A stretch of 40,487 bases of DNA, from assembly GCA_039802265.1 (NCBI GenBank), contig JBDRWI010000013.1, positions 1 through 40,487 of the forward strand, written 5' to 3'. Position numbers and translations under genes: made by a program. This DNA comes from a candidate division WOR-3 bacterium. GTDB lineage: Bacteria; Hydrothermota; Tepidihabitantia; SM23-42; JAOAFX01. Below are positions 9,444 through 20,625 of the stretch, piece by piece. Below the pieces are notes generated by a model that searched no databases, was not told where the DNA came from, and saw only the letters and a list, made by a program, of their open reading frames with translations. Within the stretch, counting starts at the first letter, position 1. Each line of letters opens with the position of its first letter.

Positions 9444-12005
9444 CTAAATTCTTCTGGGAAATTTTTTCTTTAAGTATTCAATAAGTTCTGAAATCTTTTC
9501 TGGATTTCCACCGCCACCTTCAGCAAGATGGGGTTTTCCACCGCCCCCCCCACCGATAATCTTGCTTATGACTTTTATCATTACATTAGCAGGGAATTCC
9601 TCCTCCAATTTGCCTGTAGTGAATACTAAATAATTTACTTTATTATTGACTATTTCATAAAAGAAACCAAAAATACCCTTTACCTTTTCCCGAATAATAT
9701 CTGCCACGAGTCTCATACCTTCAATGCCATAGTCATCAAATCGCTGCACCACCAATCCGCTATCTTCCGATTCTATTCTTTCCAGCAGTCTTTCCGCCTC
9801 AACCCGGGCAAGTTTTAATTGATTATTCTGATTAATACCTTCAAGCCTTTTTACCTGTTTCTGGAGTTCCTCAACTCGATTTATTAGATTCTTATCCACT
9901 CCTAAAAGTTCGGAGAGTCCCTTTATTATCCGCTTTTGATTGCGCATCTCCTCAAGCAATTTCATACCCACCACCGCCTCTATCCTTCTTATCCCGGCCG
10001 CAACGGATTCCTCACCGGTAATCTTAAAAAGACCAACCTCACTGGTATTATCAAGATGGATTCCACCGCATAGTTCAATGGAGAAATCACCAATTCTTAC
10101 TACCCGTACCTTTTCGCCATATTTTTCACCGAATAATGCGGTTGCACCGAGCCTCTTTGCCTCCTCAAGACTGGTCCAGAACTTCTCTACTTTTATTGCC
10201 TCAAGTATCTTGGCATTAACCAGATCCTCAATCGCAATTAGCTGGTCATCGGTCAGTGGTTTAAAGTGCATAAAATCAAAGCGGAATCTTCCTGGCTCAA
10301 CAAATGACCCTTCCTGCCGGGCATGTTCACCCAGAATCCTGCGCAAGGATGCATGTAAGAGGTGAGTTGCAGTATGCGCCCGCGCACTCTCTCTTCTCCT
10401 TTGTATATCCACCCGGGCAATTACCCGTTCGGGTTTGAATCTTCCCTTTTTTATCTTGCAGTGACAGGTAATCATACCGCCCGACCAGTATGTATCCAAT
10501 ACACTCAAAAGAAAATCCTTACCCACAATCTCACCCTGTTCTCCAATCTGCCCACCACCTTCGGGATAGAACGGAGATTTTTCAAGCACAACCTCTATCC
10601 CCTTATCATATTCGTTATACCTTAAAATCTCTGTCTCTATCTCATCCCTTTCATATCCCACAAATTCACCATTACCCGCTTTAAGAATCTTCCATTCTCC
10701 CCTTGGTATGAACTTTGTCCTGGTCCTTGATACCTCCCTTGCCTTTTGGAGATACTGTTGGAACCCTGCCTCGTCAATTGGTATATTCCTTTCCTTTGCC
10801 ATTTCAACAGTCAATTCAAGAGGAAAGCCGTATGTATCATAGAGTTTGAATGCATCCTCACCGGAAATTTGCTTCTTTTTTGAACATAACTCTTCAAATA
10901 GAGCAAGCCCCTTTTCCAAGGTGTTTAAGAATCGTTCTTCTTCGGATTTTACTATCAGGCAAACCTCTTCCCTCCGTTCAACAAGTTCGGGGTATGCCAA
11001 TTTATATAAATCAACAACCCTGGGAACAAGTTTATATAACCCTGCCCCACTTATTCCCAATTTTCTACCCAGTCTAACTGCCCGACGCAAAAGTCTTCTT
11101 AAGACATATCCGCGTTCTTCATTTGATGGTATAATCCCATCACCTATCGCAAATGTCAGGGCACGGATGTGGTCAGCAATTACATTTATTGAAACATCGG
11201 TTTGATATTCCCTGCCGTACCAGACATTTGACATACCGGCGATCTCCTGAATTATGGGATAAAATAGGTCGGTCAAAAAGTTTGATTCTTTATTCTGCAG
11301 GATTGCAATCAGCCTTTCAAATCCCATCCCTGTATCAACACCGCGGTTTTTTAAAGGTAGCCGTTCACCGGTAACCTTCTGGTCAAACTGGGGAAAGACT
11401 AAATTCCAGATTTCTGGATAACGGTCACAATCACAGCCCGGCGCGCAGGTCTCTTTACCGCAGGAAAATTTCTCTCCCAGATCATAATAAATTTCCGAGC
11501 AGGGTCCGCAGGGTCCAGAATTTCCGGCGGGCCCCCAGAAGTTTGTCTCATCTCCGAGTTTAAAGATCCTTTTCTCATCAAGGCCAATCTTCTTATGCCA
11601 GATTTCGTAAGCCTCCCGGTCATCTTTATGAACCGAGACATAAAGTCTCTCTTTATCAATCTTTAGTATCTCCACAAGATACTCCCATGCCCAGGTAATT
11701 GCCTCTTCCTTGAAATAGTCCCCAAAAGAAAAATTACCGAGCATCTCAAAGAATGTATGGTGACGCCGAGTCCTCCCCACATTGTCTAAGTCTGAAAGTC
11801 TCAGACACTTCTGGATGCTCGCCGCCCTTTTATAGGGCAGGGGAACACTTCCGGTCCACAATGGTTTAAACTGGACCATACCCGCACTGGTAAATAATAG
11901 AGTCGGGTCATCCTTGGGAATCAAAGACATAGAAGGGACGATGGTATGACCTCTATTCCTGAAAAAATCCAGAAAACTCTTGCGAACTTCCTGACTGGTT
12001 ATCAT
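9444..12005 (-). CDS. alaS: alanine--tRNA ligase
   Basis: DPTLLFTSAGMVQFK, HHTFFEMLGNFSFGDYFK, DTGMGFER, HTATHLLH editing motif, ELCGGIH, GGGGGGKP. Confidence 0.98.
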   Translation of the reverse strand: MITSQEVRKSFLDFFRNRGHTIVPSMSLIPKDDPTLLFTSAGMVQFKPLWTGSVPLPYKRAASIQKCLRLSDLDNVGRTRRHHTFFEMLGNFSFGDYFKEEAITWAWEYLVEILKIDKERLYVSVHKDDREAYEIWHKKIGLDEKRIFKLGDETNFWGPAGNSGPCGPCSEIYYDLGEKFSCGKETCAPGCDCDRYPEIWNLVFPQFDQKVTGERLPLKNRGVDTGMGFERLIAILQNKESNFLTDLFYPIIQEIAGMSNVWYGREYQTDVSINVIADHIRALTFAIGDGIIPSNEERGYVLRRLLRRAVRLGRKLGISGAGLYKLVPRVVDLYKLAYPELVERREEVCLIVKSEEERFLNTLEKGLALFEELCSKKKQISGEDAFKLYDTYGFPLELTVEMAKERNIPIDEAGFQQYLQKAREVSRTRTKFIPRGEWKILKAGNGEFVGYERDEIETEILRYNEYDKGIEVVLEKSPFYPEGGGQIGEQGEIVGKDFLLSVLDTYWSGGMITCHCKIKKGRFKPERVIARVDIQRRRESARAHTATHLLHASLRRILGEHARQEGSFVEPGRFRFDFMHFKPLTDDQLIAIEDLVNAKILEAIKVEKFWTSLEEAKRLGATALFGEKYGEKVRVVRIGDFSIELCGGIHLDNTSEVGLFKITGEESVAAGIRRIEAVVGMKLLEEMRNQKRIIKGLSELLGVDKNLINRVEELQKQVKRLEGINQNNQLKLARVEAERLLERIESEDSGLVVQRFDDYGIEGMRLVADIIREKVKGIFGFFYEIVNNKVNYLVFTTGKLEEEFPANVMIKVISKIIGGGGGGKPHLAEGGGGNPEKISELIEYLKKKFPRRI

Positions 12006-12601
12006 TCCGCTAATACCTCATAAACGACGCCCGGGGTAAAACCCCTTGAAATCAACCTTCTTATAATTTTTGCTTTATCTTTTGGATTTTTTACATTCAA
12101 ATCTTTAAACTTTGTCCTGAGCAGCTCATTTATCAATCTTTTTTCGTCACGGGAATTTATTACTTCTTTTATCTTTTCTTCGGCGATACCTTTTTTCTTT
12201 AACTCGCTCAAGATGAAATAATTTCCCTTTGGTTTCAGATTTGTATAATCACTCACAAAATCACGGACAAACTTCTGATCATCTAATATCCCCTCTCCAA
12301 CCAGTTCATTTACAACCTCTCTAACAATTTCAGGTTCATAACCCAGTCTTTGTAATCTTTCATTCATTTCTGCAATTGAGCGACCACGATATCTCAAAAG
12401 TCTATAAGCCCGCTGTTTAATCTTCTGTTTTTCTTCAGCGAGAAGTATATTTTTGATTTGGTCTTCACCGATTTCACTACCTTCTTCAAGCCCATATTTT
12501 AATATGATTTCGTTATCAAGTCCAAATTTGAATTCACCATCAATATAGACTGAAGACCTTTTCTTATTTCTCTTTTGAACTTCTATCTTGCTTATCTTCA
12601 A
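12002..12601 (-). CDS. recX: regulatory protein RecX
   Basis: directly downstream of rec[33 protein letters not shown]. Likely TTG start at 12601 ((M)KISKIEVQK) rather than 12652. Confidence 0.85.
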   Translation of the reverse strand: MKISKIEVQKRNKKRSSVYIDGEFKFGLDNEIILKYGLEEGSEIGEDQIKNILLAEEKQKIKQRAYRLLRYRGRSIAEMNERLQRLGYEPEIVREVVNELVGEGILDDQKFVRDFVSDYTNLKPKGNYFILSELKKKGIAEEKIKEVINSRDEKRLINELLRTKFKDLNVKNPKDKAKIIRRLISRGFTPGVVYEVLAE

Positions 12602-13598
12602 CTGGCTTCTTGAATAACTTCTCTCTAATCTCTTTTTCAATCTTCTGGGCAATATCCTGATTTGTCTTTAAGAATTCTACAACCGCATCACGCCCCTGGC
12701 CAATGCGCTCATCCTTAAAAGAATACCAGGTGCCTGATTTTTCAATAATTCCCTGCTCAACACCGATGTCTACAATCTCACCAAGTTTAGAAATTCCCTC
12801 ACCATAGACAATATCAAATTCTGCCTCTCTGAAGGGAGGGGCAAGTTTGTTCTTCACTACCTTGACCTTGGTGCGCGAACCAATTATATTCTCACCCTTC
12901 TTCAGGGTGGCGATCTTACGAATATCAAGGCGAACAGAAGCGTGGAATTTCAGAGCAAGTCCCCCGGGCGTTGTCTCCGGCGAGCCATACATAACACCAA
13001 TCTTCATTCTTATCTGGTTGATGAATATTGCTACAGTCTTTGATTTGCTTATTACCCCAGTGAGCTTTCTCAAAGCCTGGGACATAAGCCTTGCCACAAG
13101 ACCAACCTGCATATCGCCCATCTCCCCGGCAATCTCTGCCTTGGGGACCAATGCGGCAACTGAATCCACAACAATAATATCAACCCCACCCGAACGCGTC
13201 AAAATCTCAGCAATCTCCAATGCCTGCTCACCGGTATCGGGTTGTGAGATGTAAAGGCTGTCAAGATTCACCCCGATTGCCCGAGCATACTTGGGGTCAA
13301 AGGCGTGCTCCGCATCAATAAATATTGCATTACCACCCAATTTCTGTGCCTGGGCAATTGCCTCTAAGGCGAGCGTCGTCTTCCCCCCAGCCTCGGGACC
13401 GAATATCTCAACAACCCGCCCCCTTGGGTACCCACCAATCCCTAATGCCGAATCAAGCGCCAGAGAACCAGTGGGAATCACACCTACCTCAACCTTCGTC
13501 TCCTCAGCACCCAGACGCATCACTGCACCCTTACCAAACTGCTTTTCAATCTGGCTTATTGCCATTGACAGAACCTTATCCTTTTCCTCTTTCGCCAT
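12564..13598 (-). CDS. recA: recombinase RecA
   Basis: [67 protein letters not shown]. Confidence 0.99.
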   Translation of the reverse strand: MAKEEKDKVLSMAISQIEKQFGKGAVMRLGAEETKVEVGVIPTGSLALDSALGIGGYPRGRVVEIFGPEAGGKTTLALEAIAQAQKLGGNAIFIDAEHAFDPKYARAIGVNLDSLYISQPDTGEQALEIAEILTRSGGVDIIVVDSVAALVPKAEIAGEMGDMQVGLVARLMSQALRKLTGVISKSKTVAIFINQIRMKIGVMYGSPETTPGGLALKFHASVRLDIRKIATLKKGENIIGSRTKVKVVKNKLAPPFREAEFDIVYGEGISKLGEIVDIGVEQGIIEKSGTWYSFKDERIGQGRDAVVEFLKTNQDIAQKIEKEIREKLFKKPVEDKQDRSSKEK

Positions 13599-13617
13599 AA
13601 CTCTCCTTGGTTAGTAT

Positions 13618-13645
13618 ATATTAATTAAATTTTATCTCAAGTCAA
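13618..13645 (-). promoter_or_regulatory. sigma70-type promoter of recA-recX-alaS
   Basis: TTGACT, 16 bp, TAATAT; AAGGAG SD follows. Confidence 0.6.
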
Positions 13646-13855
13646 GAAGGTGTGAACCCTGCATAGATTGACAGGCTTAGCAATCTCTAAAATTCTTACG
13701 AATTAACTCCTTTTTATGGGAATTAAAAGTTATGGCTTTAATCTCCTTACGGTTAAAGGCGGAGGTCATTTTATAAAAGGACTGAAATAGTATTAATAAT
13801 GTGGATTAGATAATTCAAAACAAAAATATATAGCAGCGGAAATCCGGAATTTTGC

Positions 13856-13883
13856 TTGACTTTGATATGTAATTTGTTATAAT
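13856..13883 (+). promoter_or_regulatory. sigma70-type promoter with extended -10 (probably leaderless mRNA)
   Basis: TTGACT, 16 bp, TATAAT with a TGn extension, 5 nt, ATG 13889. Confidence 0.75.
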
Positions 13884-13888
13884 AAATT

Positions 13889-16800
13889 ATGAGCAAAAAT
13901 TCTGAAGCAAAATTCAAGGCGGTTATTGAATCTTATTTAAACAATTTATTTCAAACCTATCGCACTGGAGAGGCAACCGAAGCATCTTATTATTCCCTCC
14001 TTAAGAATTTCTTAGAAGGATATATCGCTCTTTATGAAAAGCATACTGAAATAACGATTCAACCGAGAAAGACCACAGTTGGTATCCCGGATTTTCTTTT
14101 AAAGTCTAAAAAGAACCAAATCGTAGGCTATATTGAATGCAAAGATATTACGGAAAAAGATTTGAGTTATATTGAAGATTCAGAGCAATTGAGGAGATAC
14201 CGTGAATCCTTGCCCAATCTGATTTTAACCAATTTTTACGAATTCAGACTTTATAGAAATGGCAATTTGATTGCACAGGTTGAACTGGCAAATCCTGTAT
14301 TTTTAAAGTTGATGAAGCCACCGGTCCTGATTCCACAGAATCTTGAAAAATTTAAAGACCTCCTTGGTGAGTTTTTCTCATTTCCAACACCAAAGGTATA
14401 TAAGGCAAAGGCCCTTGCCACTGAACTTGCAAAGAGAACAAGATTTATGACCACAATAATCACTGAAGAACTTTCTCGTAATACAAAGTCTTTATTAGAT
14501 TTCTATAATGCCTTCAGAGAAGAACTGATAGAATCTTTAAATTACGAAAAATTTGCTGATATGTATGCCCAGACCATTGCCTATGGTTTATTTGCCGCAA
14601 GGGTAAAGGCACAAAAAAATGATTTCGGCCGGGATACTGCATACCGATATATTCCATCAACGATTCCTTTGTTAAGAAAACTGTTCTATTTTCTAACTGG
14701 CCCAGAACTTCCTGAATCCTTATCCTGGATTGTTGATGATATTACAAATGTCCTGTCAAATGCGGACATCTCATCTATTTTGAGTGAATTTCATGACCTT
14801 TTTGGTGTGAAGGATGACCCGATTATACATTTTTATGAAACATTCCTGACAGTTCTCAATCCTAAAGAAAGAAAGAGGCTCGGTGTTTATTATACACCAG
14901 TGCCGGTTGTCTCATATATAGTGCGTTCGGTTCATAAAATATTAAAAGAAGATTTTACTAAAAGCGATGGTCTGGCAGACAAAACTGTTATTTTACTTGA
15001 CCCAGCTGCAGGGACCTTGACCTTTCCGACGATTGCTGTTCATCAGATAATTGAAGAGCTTAGGCAAAACGGTAAAGAAGGTTTGTTTAATGCACTCGTT
15101 TCTGAACACATCCTAAAGAATTTTTATGCCTTTGAACTTCTTATCGCACCATATGCAATAGGTCATTTAAAGATTTCTATGGTTCTTGAAGACTTTGGTT
15201 ACAAAATGAAAGATGAAGATAGATTTCAGTTCTATCTGACTAATACATTGGAGACAAAGGAATTACATGAACTGCCATTTTTGCCTGATTTGGCAATAGA
15301 GGGAAAGAAGGCAAAGGAAATTAAGGAGAAGATACCGGTTTTGGTCATTGTTGGGAATCCACCTTATTCAGTCAGTTCTGAGAATAAATCCGATTTCATT
15401 GAAAAACTTATGGAGGATTATAAAAAGGATGTGCGTGATGAACGAAATATCCAGCCCCTCAGCGATGATTACATAAAGTTTATCAGATTTGCCCAGTGGA
15501 AGATTGAGCAAACCGGAAAAGGGGTAGTTGGTATAATCAGTAACAATTCTTATCTCTCTGGTTTAATCCATCGTGGTATGCGTAAACAATTATTAGATGT
15601 ATTTGATGACATTTATATACTCAATTTACATGGCAGTTCCAGGCTCGGTGAGAAGGCACCTGATGGTTCAAAGGATGAGAATGTCTTTGATATAATGCAG
15701 GGAGTGGCAATTGTAATATTTGTGAAAAAGAATAAAGGAGAAAAAAATATTCTGTATGCCGACCTTTACGGCACAAGAGAAATTAAATATCAATGGCTCA
15801 AGGCAAACGATATAGAAACCACAAAATGGAAGAAGATTAAGCCAGCAAAACCCTATTATTTCCTTGCTCCAAAAGAGTTTAAGGGGAAAAGAGAATATCA
15901 GAAATTTTGGTCGCTTGTTGAGATTTTTAATGAATATAGTAGCGGGATTAAGACTCATAGAGACCATTTTATTGTTGCATTTACACCTAAAATATTACTT
16001 AATAAACTCGCCATTTTCGCCGGAAAAGAAAGTGATGAAATAGTTGCAAGATCACTGTATCTGAAAGACACCCGTGATTGGATTTTGTCAGTTGCGCGAA
16101 AATCCACCGATTTTAGGAGATTGAAAGAATCTATTGTTAGTTATACTTATAGGCCGTTTGATAAGAGGTTTATTTGTTACTCACCTCATTTGATTGATAG
16201 AGGATGTGATCGTTATCCTCTAATGAAACACCTATTGCAAGAGAATATTGCCCTGGTCACAACCAGAAAGACCCCGTCAACGCAAGAATTTTCTGCATTT
16301 GTTGCTGATTCTATCGGTGATATACACTTAATCGGAGATCAGAACTATTACTTTCCCCTTTATCTTTATAGAGAATCTGAAGACCACAAGAAGAAATCAA
16401 ATCCCGGAAATTACATTTTGATGTTTGAAGAAAAAGAAAAATACACAGTCAAAACACCGAATTTCAAACAGGAATTTTTAAAATTTATAACTGCTGTATA
16501 TAAAAAGAAAATTTCGCCTGAGGAGATTTTTAATTATATTTATGCAATTCTTTATACACCTTCCTATCGGGAAGCATATAACGAATTTTTGAAGATTGAT
16601 TTCCCAAGAATCCCGTTTACGAATGATTACCAAATGTTTAAAAAACTAAGTGATCTGGGTGGCGAACTTATTAGCCTGCATCTTTTGAAATCTCCGGCAT
16701 TAGATAATTCATTTGTTAAATTTCCAGTTAAGGGAACTGATAGAGTTGATAAGATAGTCTATGAAGAAAAGACGGAGCGGGTTTATATTAATGATAAACA

Positions 16801-17026
16801 ATATTTTGAAGGCATTTATAAGGAATTGTGGAGTTATTACATCGGGAGTTATCAGGTGTTAGAAAAATGGCTAAAAGACCGAAAAGAGCGGATTCTTTCT
16901 TTAGATGAAATCGAACACTACTTTAAAATCGCAATGGCGATAAAAGTGACCATAGAAATACAGGACAAAATTAACAAAATTTACCCGGAAGTTGAAAGGA
17001 AAATAATACCGATAATAACAAAATAG
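13889..17026 (+). CDS. single-polypeptide restriction-modification enzyme (PD-ExK nuclease + N6-adenine methyltransferase + Type ISP-like specificity domain; Type IIG-like)
   Basis: PDFLL..GYIECK; GVYYTP; LDPAAGTLTF (motif I); GNPPY (motif IV); C-terminal YRPFD, YIYAILY..YR..Y..FLKIDFPRIP, IGSYQVLEKWLKDRK; no helicase motifs seen. Confidence 0.88.
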   Translation: MSKNSEAKFKAVIESYLNNLFQTYRTGEATEASYYSLLKNFLEGYIALYEKHTEITIQPRKTTVGIPDFLLKSKKNQIVGYIECKDITEKDLSYIEDSEQLRRYRESLPNLILTNFYEFRLYRNGNLIAQVELANPVFLKLMKPPVLIPQNLEKFKDLLGEFFSFPTPKVYKAKALATELAKRTRFMTTIITEELSRNTKSLLDFYNAFREELIESLNYEKFADMYAQTIAYGLFAARVKAQKNDFGRDTAYRYIPSTIPLLRKLFYFLTGPELPESLSWIVDDITNVLSNADISSILSEFHDLFGVKDDPIIHFYETFLTVLNPKERKRLGVYYTPVPVVSYIVRSVHKILKEDFTKSDGLADKTVILLDPAAGTLTFPTIAVHQIIEELRQNGKEGLFNALVSEHILKNFYAFELLIAPYAIGHLKISMVLEDFGYKMKDEDRFQFYLTNTLETKELHELPFLPDLAIEGKKAKEIKEKIPVLVIVGNPPYSVSSENKSDFIEKLMEDYKKDVRDERNIQPLSDDYIKFIRFAQWKIEQTGKGVVGIISNNSYLSGLIHRGMRKQLLDVFDDIYILNLHGSSRLGEKAPDGSKDENVFDIMQGVAIVIFVKKNKGEKNILYADLYGTREIKYQWLKANDIETTKWKKIKPAKPYYFLAPKEFKGKREYQKFWSLVEIFNEYSSGIKTHRDHFIVAFTPKILLNKLAIFAGKESDEIVARSLYLKDTRDWILSVARKSTDFRRLKESIVSYTYRPFDKRFICYSPHLIDRGCDRYPLMKHLLQENIALVTTRKTPSTQEFSAFVADSIGDIHLIGDQNYYFPLYLYRESEDHKKKSNPGNYILMFEEKEKYTVKTPNFKQEFLKFITAVYKKKISPEEIFNYIYAILYTPSYREAYNEFLKIDFPRIPFTNDYQMFKKLSDLGGELISLHLLKSPALDNSFVKFPVKGTDRVDKIVYEEKTERVYINDKQYFEGIYKELWSYYIGSYQVLEKWLKDRKERILSLDEIEHYFKIAMAIKVTIEIQDKINKIYPEVERKIIPIITK

Positions 17027-17262
17027 ATAAGACAATTCAAGTTAGTTGTCATTATAAGATTTTAAGTTCTACCATGTCAGAATGTTAAAACAAAAGTAAT
17101 CTCTGTGATTTTTTCCCAAATAGAGCAAGCCTTGCGCTGATTATGGTTGAAAGGTTAGGGTTGGGAAGATGGATTGGTTATTGGGCCTGGGAGATAGTCA
17201 AACACCATAGGTTGAGGTACCGGAATTTATTTTCTACAAACAAAACTACCAAAAATTTCCAT

Positions 17263-18186
17263 TTATCTTTTGAATATCTTTATGTTATCAAAGTAGACTG
17301 CTCCCCCTGCGCCGTATTCGGTGGATAGGGCAAAGGTGTCAGAAATTGATTTCTCTGCCGCAGGAACATTATCAGCAATCTTCTGTTTATTTATCCAGAC
17401 ATCCATCAATAAACTATCATAATCAAGGTGCACTTTTACATTATACCACAGATTTTTTTGCCACTTATATCCGGTTGGCTGTGGATCAACACCCCGCACA
17501 TACACCAGACTATCGTTGAAATCAAAAAGAACACCGTTATATATCGTACCCAGAGTTGGGCTCAATTTTACAAAAAATCCTGCAAGCGCACCTGCCGGGC
17601 TCGTTTCCGGGATCATTAAGGCATATTCATAGGTAAGTCTATTCAATTTTTTTAAATCAAGTTCAATGCCATCAGTTCTTACCCATTGTGAAGAGCCACA
17701 TATTCGGAAACTCTTAAATCCCTCATAGGAAAAAAGTGAATCAACATAGGTACTTTCACCGATTCCGGGCCAGATTTGAAACCAGTATTTTGACGGATAA
17801 TCACCTGGATAATATTCTTCAAAGCCATCATAGAACAAAAGAATGTTATATACCATTACTGAGATTGTCTCAGAATATAAGTAGTTTCCATCTTCAAGTG
17901 ATGCCTTTGCGTATATTGTATGGATTGAACTATCAGGGAGCGGTACTGTATTCCATGAATATGAATACGGTTGTTCTTCAAAGAACTTTACCAGTGAATC
18001 ATCAATGAAGAATCCAAGAGTAGAAATTTTTTCACCGTCGATTACCCGAACTTTAATCTCAACAATTCCGTTAACAGTTTCACCATCTTGAGGATTGGTG
18101 ATTTCAACTATTGACTCCCTATTACTACACCCCGTGGAGAACGTTATTAATATAAACAATAAAACTGCTTGACCAATTTTGCACAT
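17263..18186 (-). CDS. putative lipoprotein with bacterial Ig-like domain and beta-sandwich (lectin-like) domain
   Basis: lipobox FSTG-C; VEITNPQDGETVNG..FFIDD..PYSYSWNT; C-terminal WYNVKV..VWIN..VYFDNIKI. Confidence 0.75.
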   Translation of the reverse strand: MCKIGQAVLLFILITFSTGCSNRESIVEITNPQDGETVNGIVEIKVRVIDGEKISTLGFFIDDSLVKFFEEQPYSYSWNTVPLPDSSIHTIYAKASLEDGNYLYSETISVMVYNILLFYDGFEEYYPGDYPSKYWFQIWPGIGESTYVDSLFSYEGFKSFRICGSSQWVRTDGIELDLKKLNRLTYEYALMIPETSPAGALAGFFVKLSPTLGTIYNGVLFDFNDSLVYVRGVDPQPTGYKWQKNLWYNVKVHLDYDSLLMDVWINKQKIADNVPAAEKSISDTFALSTEYGAGGAVYFDNIKIFKR

Positions 18187-18192
18187 ATTTAA

Positions 18193-18220
18193 ATTATATT
18201 TAAAATTTAAAATCTGGCAA
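18193..18220 (-). promoter_or_regulatory. sigma70-type promoter (probably leaderless mRNA)
   Basis: TTGCCA, 16 bp, TATAAT, 6 nt, ATG 18186. Confidence 0.65.
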
Positions 18221-18257
18221 GCACAGGTTAAAAAATAAGAGAGGTGTTATTCTTAGA

Positions 18258-18285
18258 TTGACAAAATATTGTTTTTGATTATAAT
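18258..18285 (+). promoter_or_regulatory. sigma70-type promoter of tRNA-Leu
   Basis: TTGACA, 16 bp, TATAAT. Confidence 0.8.
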
Positions 18286-18338
18286 TATAAATTATTAAAC
18301 GACGGGTGTCTATGCCAAAAACCAAAAACTATTTTTAA

Positions 18339-18420
18339 GCCGGGGTGGTGGAATTGGCAGACACATACGTTTGAGGGGCGTAGGCCTTCGGGCATGGGGG
18401 TTCAAATCCCCCCTCCGGCA
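18339..18420 (+). tRNA. tRNA-Leu (anticodon GAG), CCA not encoded
   Basis: GCCGGGG/CTCCGGC-A acceptor; GGTGGAATTGGCAGACAC D region; TACGT-TTGAGGG-GCGTA anticodon arm; variable arm; GGGGG-TTCAAAT-CCCCC T arm. Confidence 0.95.
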
Positions 18421-18434
18421 TAGTGGAGGTTTCT

Positions 18435-20348
18435 ATGAGTGTATTACTTCTTGTCTGTATTCTGATAAATTTCCCCTCAGAAATTCTTAAAACTGACCTT
18501 GACTGCAAGACTTATTCAATAGGAAAATACGATATTGGTTGGGCTCGCCCATTCATTCCCCCGGAACAGATGCCGAACTGGCCAAAGAGTGTGGGAGTGA
18601 ATCCCTATTATGCACCCAGTGGTGTAAATCTTGCCGATATAGACAATGATGGCGATTTAGAAATAATCCTCGGCTCAACGAATAATCAGGTCTATATATG
18701 GGATTATCAGGGAAATCTTATCCCAGGCTGGCCGGTAACGGTGGGTGGTATGGTTCAAGCAAAGGTTGCGGTCGGAGATATAGATAATAATGGTGATATG
18801 GAGATAGTGGTCGCCGCCCGCAATGGTTATGTCTATATCTATAATCACGATGGCACGAGTTATCCTAACTGGCCCCAGAATGCCAATGGTACAATTGGTT
18901 TTGTTGCGCCAGTCCTTTTTGACCTTGACCGAGATGGAGACTTAGAGATAATAATGGCACAGATGCAGTCTGGACAGCCCGGACATGTCTATGTCTGGCA
19001 TCACAATGGAACTATCTATCCAGGTTGGCCACAGAACACCGATTACCTTGCGGTTGCTTCAGTTGCAGTTGCGGACATTGACAATGATAATCTATTTGAA
19101 ATAATCTGTCTATCTTATTACTCAGTTTATGTCTGGGACCAGAATGGTAACACCAAACCGGGCTGGCCCAAATTGAATGTCGCCGGTGGAATGAGTTATG
19201 CCCAGCCGGTCCTTGCGGACCTTGATGATGATGGCGACCTTGAAATACTACACTCATACTATTCAAGTGGACAGAATTATGTGGGCATCTATCATCACGA
19301 TGGCACAAATTTTGCAAACTGGCCACAGACCTATCCTGGACCCCAGACCTATACGATGCCCGTGGTTGGTGATATTGATGGAGACGGCGATTTAGAAATA
19401 TTCGGCGGTGGACATGTTTGGGGTGGACCCAGCCTGTCTGCTCGCCACCACAATGGGAATCAGGTTGGTGGTTGGCCGGTTATCTGTGATATGTTAGAAT
19501 GTTCACCGGTTGTTTTTGATGTTGATAATGATAATTTACGCGAAGTCTTGATTGCCGATAATCTAAACCCCGGTAATTTTTATGCCTACGAAGGAAATGG
19601 TTCACTTGTTGCTGACTGGCCCATTGCCATAACCTCGGCTGCAATCGTTAATAGCCCTTCGGTCGGCGATGTTGACCTTGATGGAGATATTGAAATTGCT
19701 CTTTTGGTAAGTAACGGCACTGTAAATCTCTGGACAATCCCCAATATTTCATATCGTGGATATTATACTGATTGGGGAACATATTATCACGACCAGTGGA
19801 ATACCGGCTGGTTCCATCCCAAACCACCCCAGAATCTGAATGCCACCGGAAATCCAAATCATATTAACCTTGCCTGGAATAAAAATAATGAACCCGACAT
19901 CGCAGGTTATAATCTCTATCGCAGTCAAACTTCCGGCGGTCCTTACACAAAGATTAATACTACATTGATTACAGACACAACATACAATGATTACAATGTC
20001 ACACCGGGAATCACATATTATTATTGTGGTACTGCCCAGATCAAAGCATTTACCGAATCCCGTTTGAGCAATGAAACATTTGCACAGGTTGGTATTAAGG
20101 AACAAAATAGTTCAAATCCTTCACATTTTGCAATCAGCCCTAATCCATTCAAAAAGTCAATCCAGATTTATGGTGATGGTAATATGGAAATCAGGATTTT
20201 CGATGCCAATGGGAGATTAATTGAATCAATGGATGGCGCGAATAGTATTTATTGGGAACCAAAGACAGGGATAAAATCGGGAGTCTACTTTGTTGAAATA
20301 AAGCAGGATAACATAAGAAAAGTGGAAAAGATTATAAAGATTCCCTAA
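18435..20348 (+). CDS. secreted FG-GAP/VCBS-repeat protein with fibronectin type III domain and T9SS type A-like C-terminal sorting domain
   Basis: repeated DIDxDGDLEII..GWP units; [49 protein letters not shown] before ATG 18435. Confidence 0.88.
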   Translation: MSVLLLVCILINFPSEILKTDLDCKTYSIGKYDIGWARPFIPPEQMPNWPKSVGVNPYYAPSGVNLADIDNDGDLEIILGSTNNQVYIWDYQGNLIPGWPVTVGGMVQAKVAVGDIDNNGDMEIVVAARNGYVYIYNHDGTSYPNWPQNANGTIGFVAPVLFDLDRDGDLEIIMAQMQSGQPGHVYVWHHNGTIYPGWPQNTDYLAVASVAVADIDNDNLFEIICLSYYSVYVWDQNGNTKPGWPKLNVAGGMSYAQPVLADLDDDGDLEILHSYYSSGQNYVGIYHHDGTNFANWPQTYPGPQTYTMPVVGDIDGDGDLEIFGGGHVWGGPSLSARHHNGNQVGGWPVICDMLECSPVVFDVDNDNLREVLIADNLNPGNFYAYEGNGSLVADWPIAITSAAIVNSPSVGDVDLDGDIEIALLVSNGTVNLWTIPNISYRGYYTDWGTYYHDQWNTGWFHPKPPQNLNATGNPNHINLAWNKNNEPDIAGYNLYRSQTSGGPYTKINTTLITDTTYNDYNVTPGITYYYCGTAQIKAFTESRLSNETFAQVGIKEQNSSNPSHFAISPNPFKKSIQIYGDGNMEIRIFDANGRLIESMDGANSIYWEPKTGIKSGVYFVEIKQDNIRKVEKIIKIP

Positions 20349-20625
20349 CTCTCGCCATAAATTTGCCACCGTAATCTTCCACAAATAATTGAAATAATGC
20401 ATATAAAAATATAATCATAATAATTCGTCCGTGGTAAGCGTTTGGTAAGTGGCAGGCAGTAAAATTTATTATGATTAGAAGGCTATATAATGCCCGTTCC
20501 AAGGACAAATCTTTTAAAAAAAGCGGAAGTCTTTGTCGATAATAAATTTAAGAAATTATGGCGTTTAAGAATATATAAGGACTATGAAATTCTTGATTCG
20601 GCAGTAGATTGAAAGGAGATAGGTT

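Noticed and set aside
13599..13855. SOS (LexA) box upstream of recA
   Set aside because: No convincing CTGT-N8-ACAG or GAAC-N4-GTTC motif seen.
20490..20612. 40-aa ORF MPVPRTNLL..SAVD before the DNRLRE gene
   Set aside because: Short and unassignable; may be a gene remnant, but cannot be supported.
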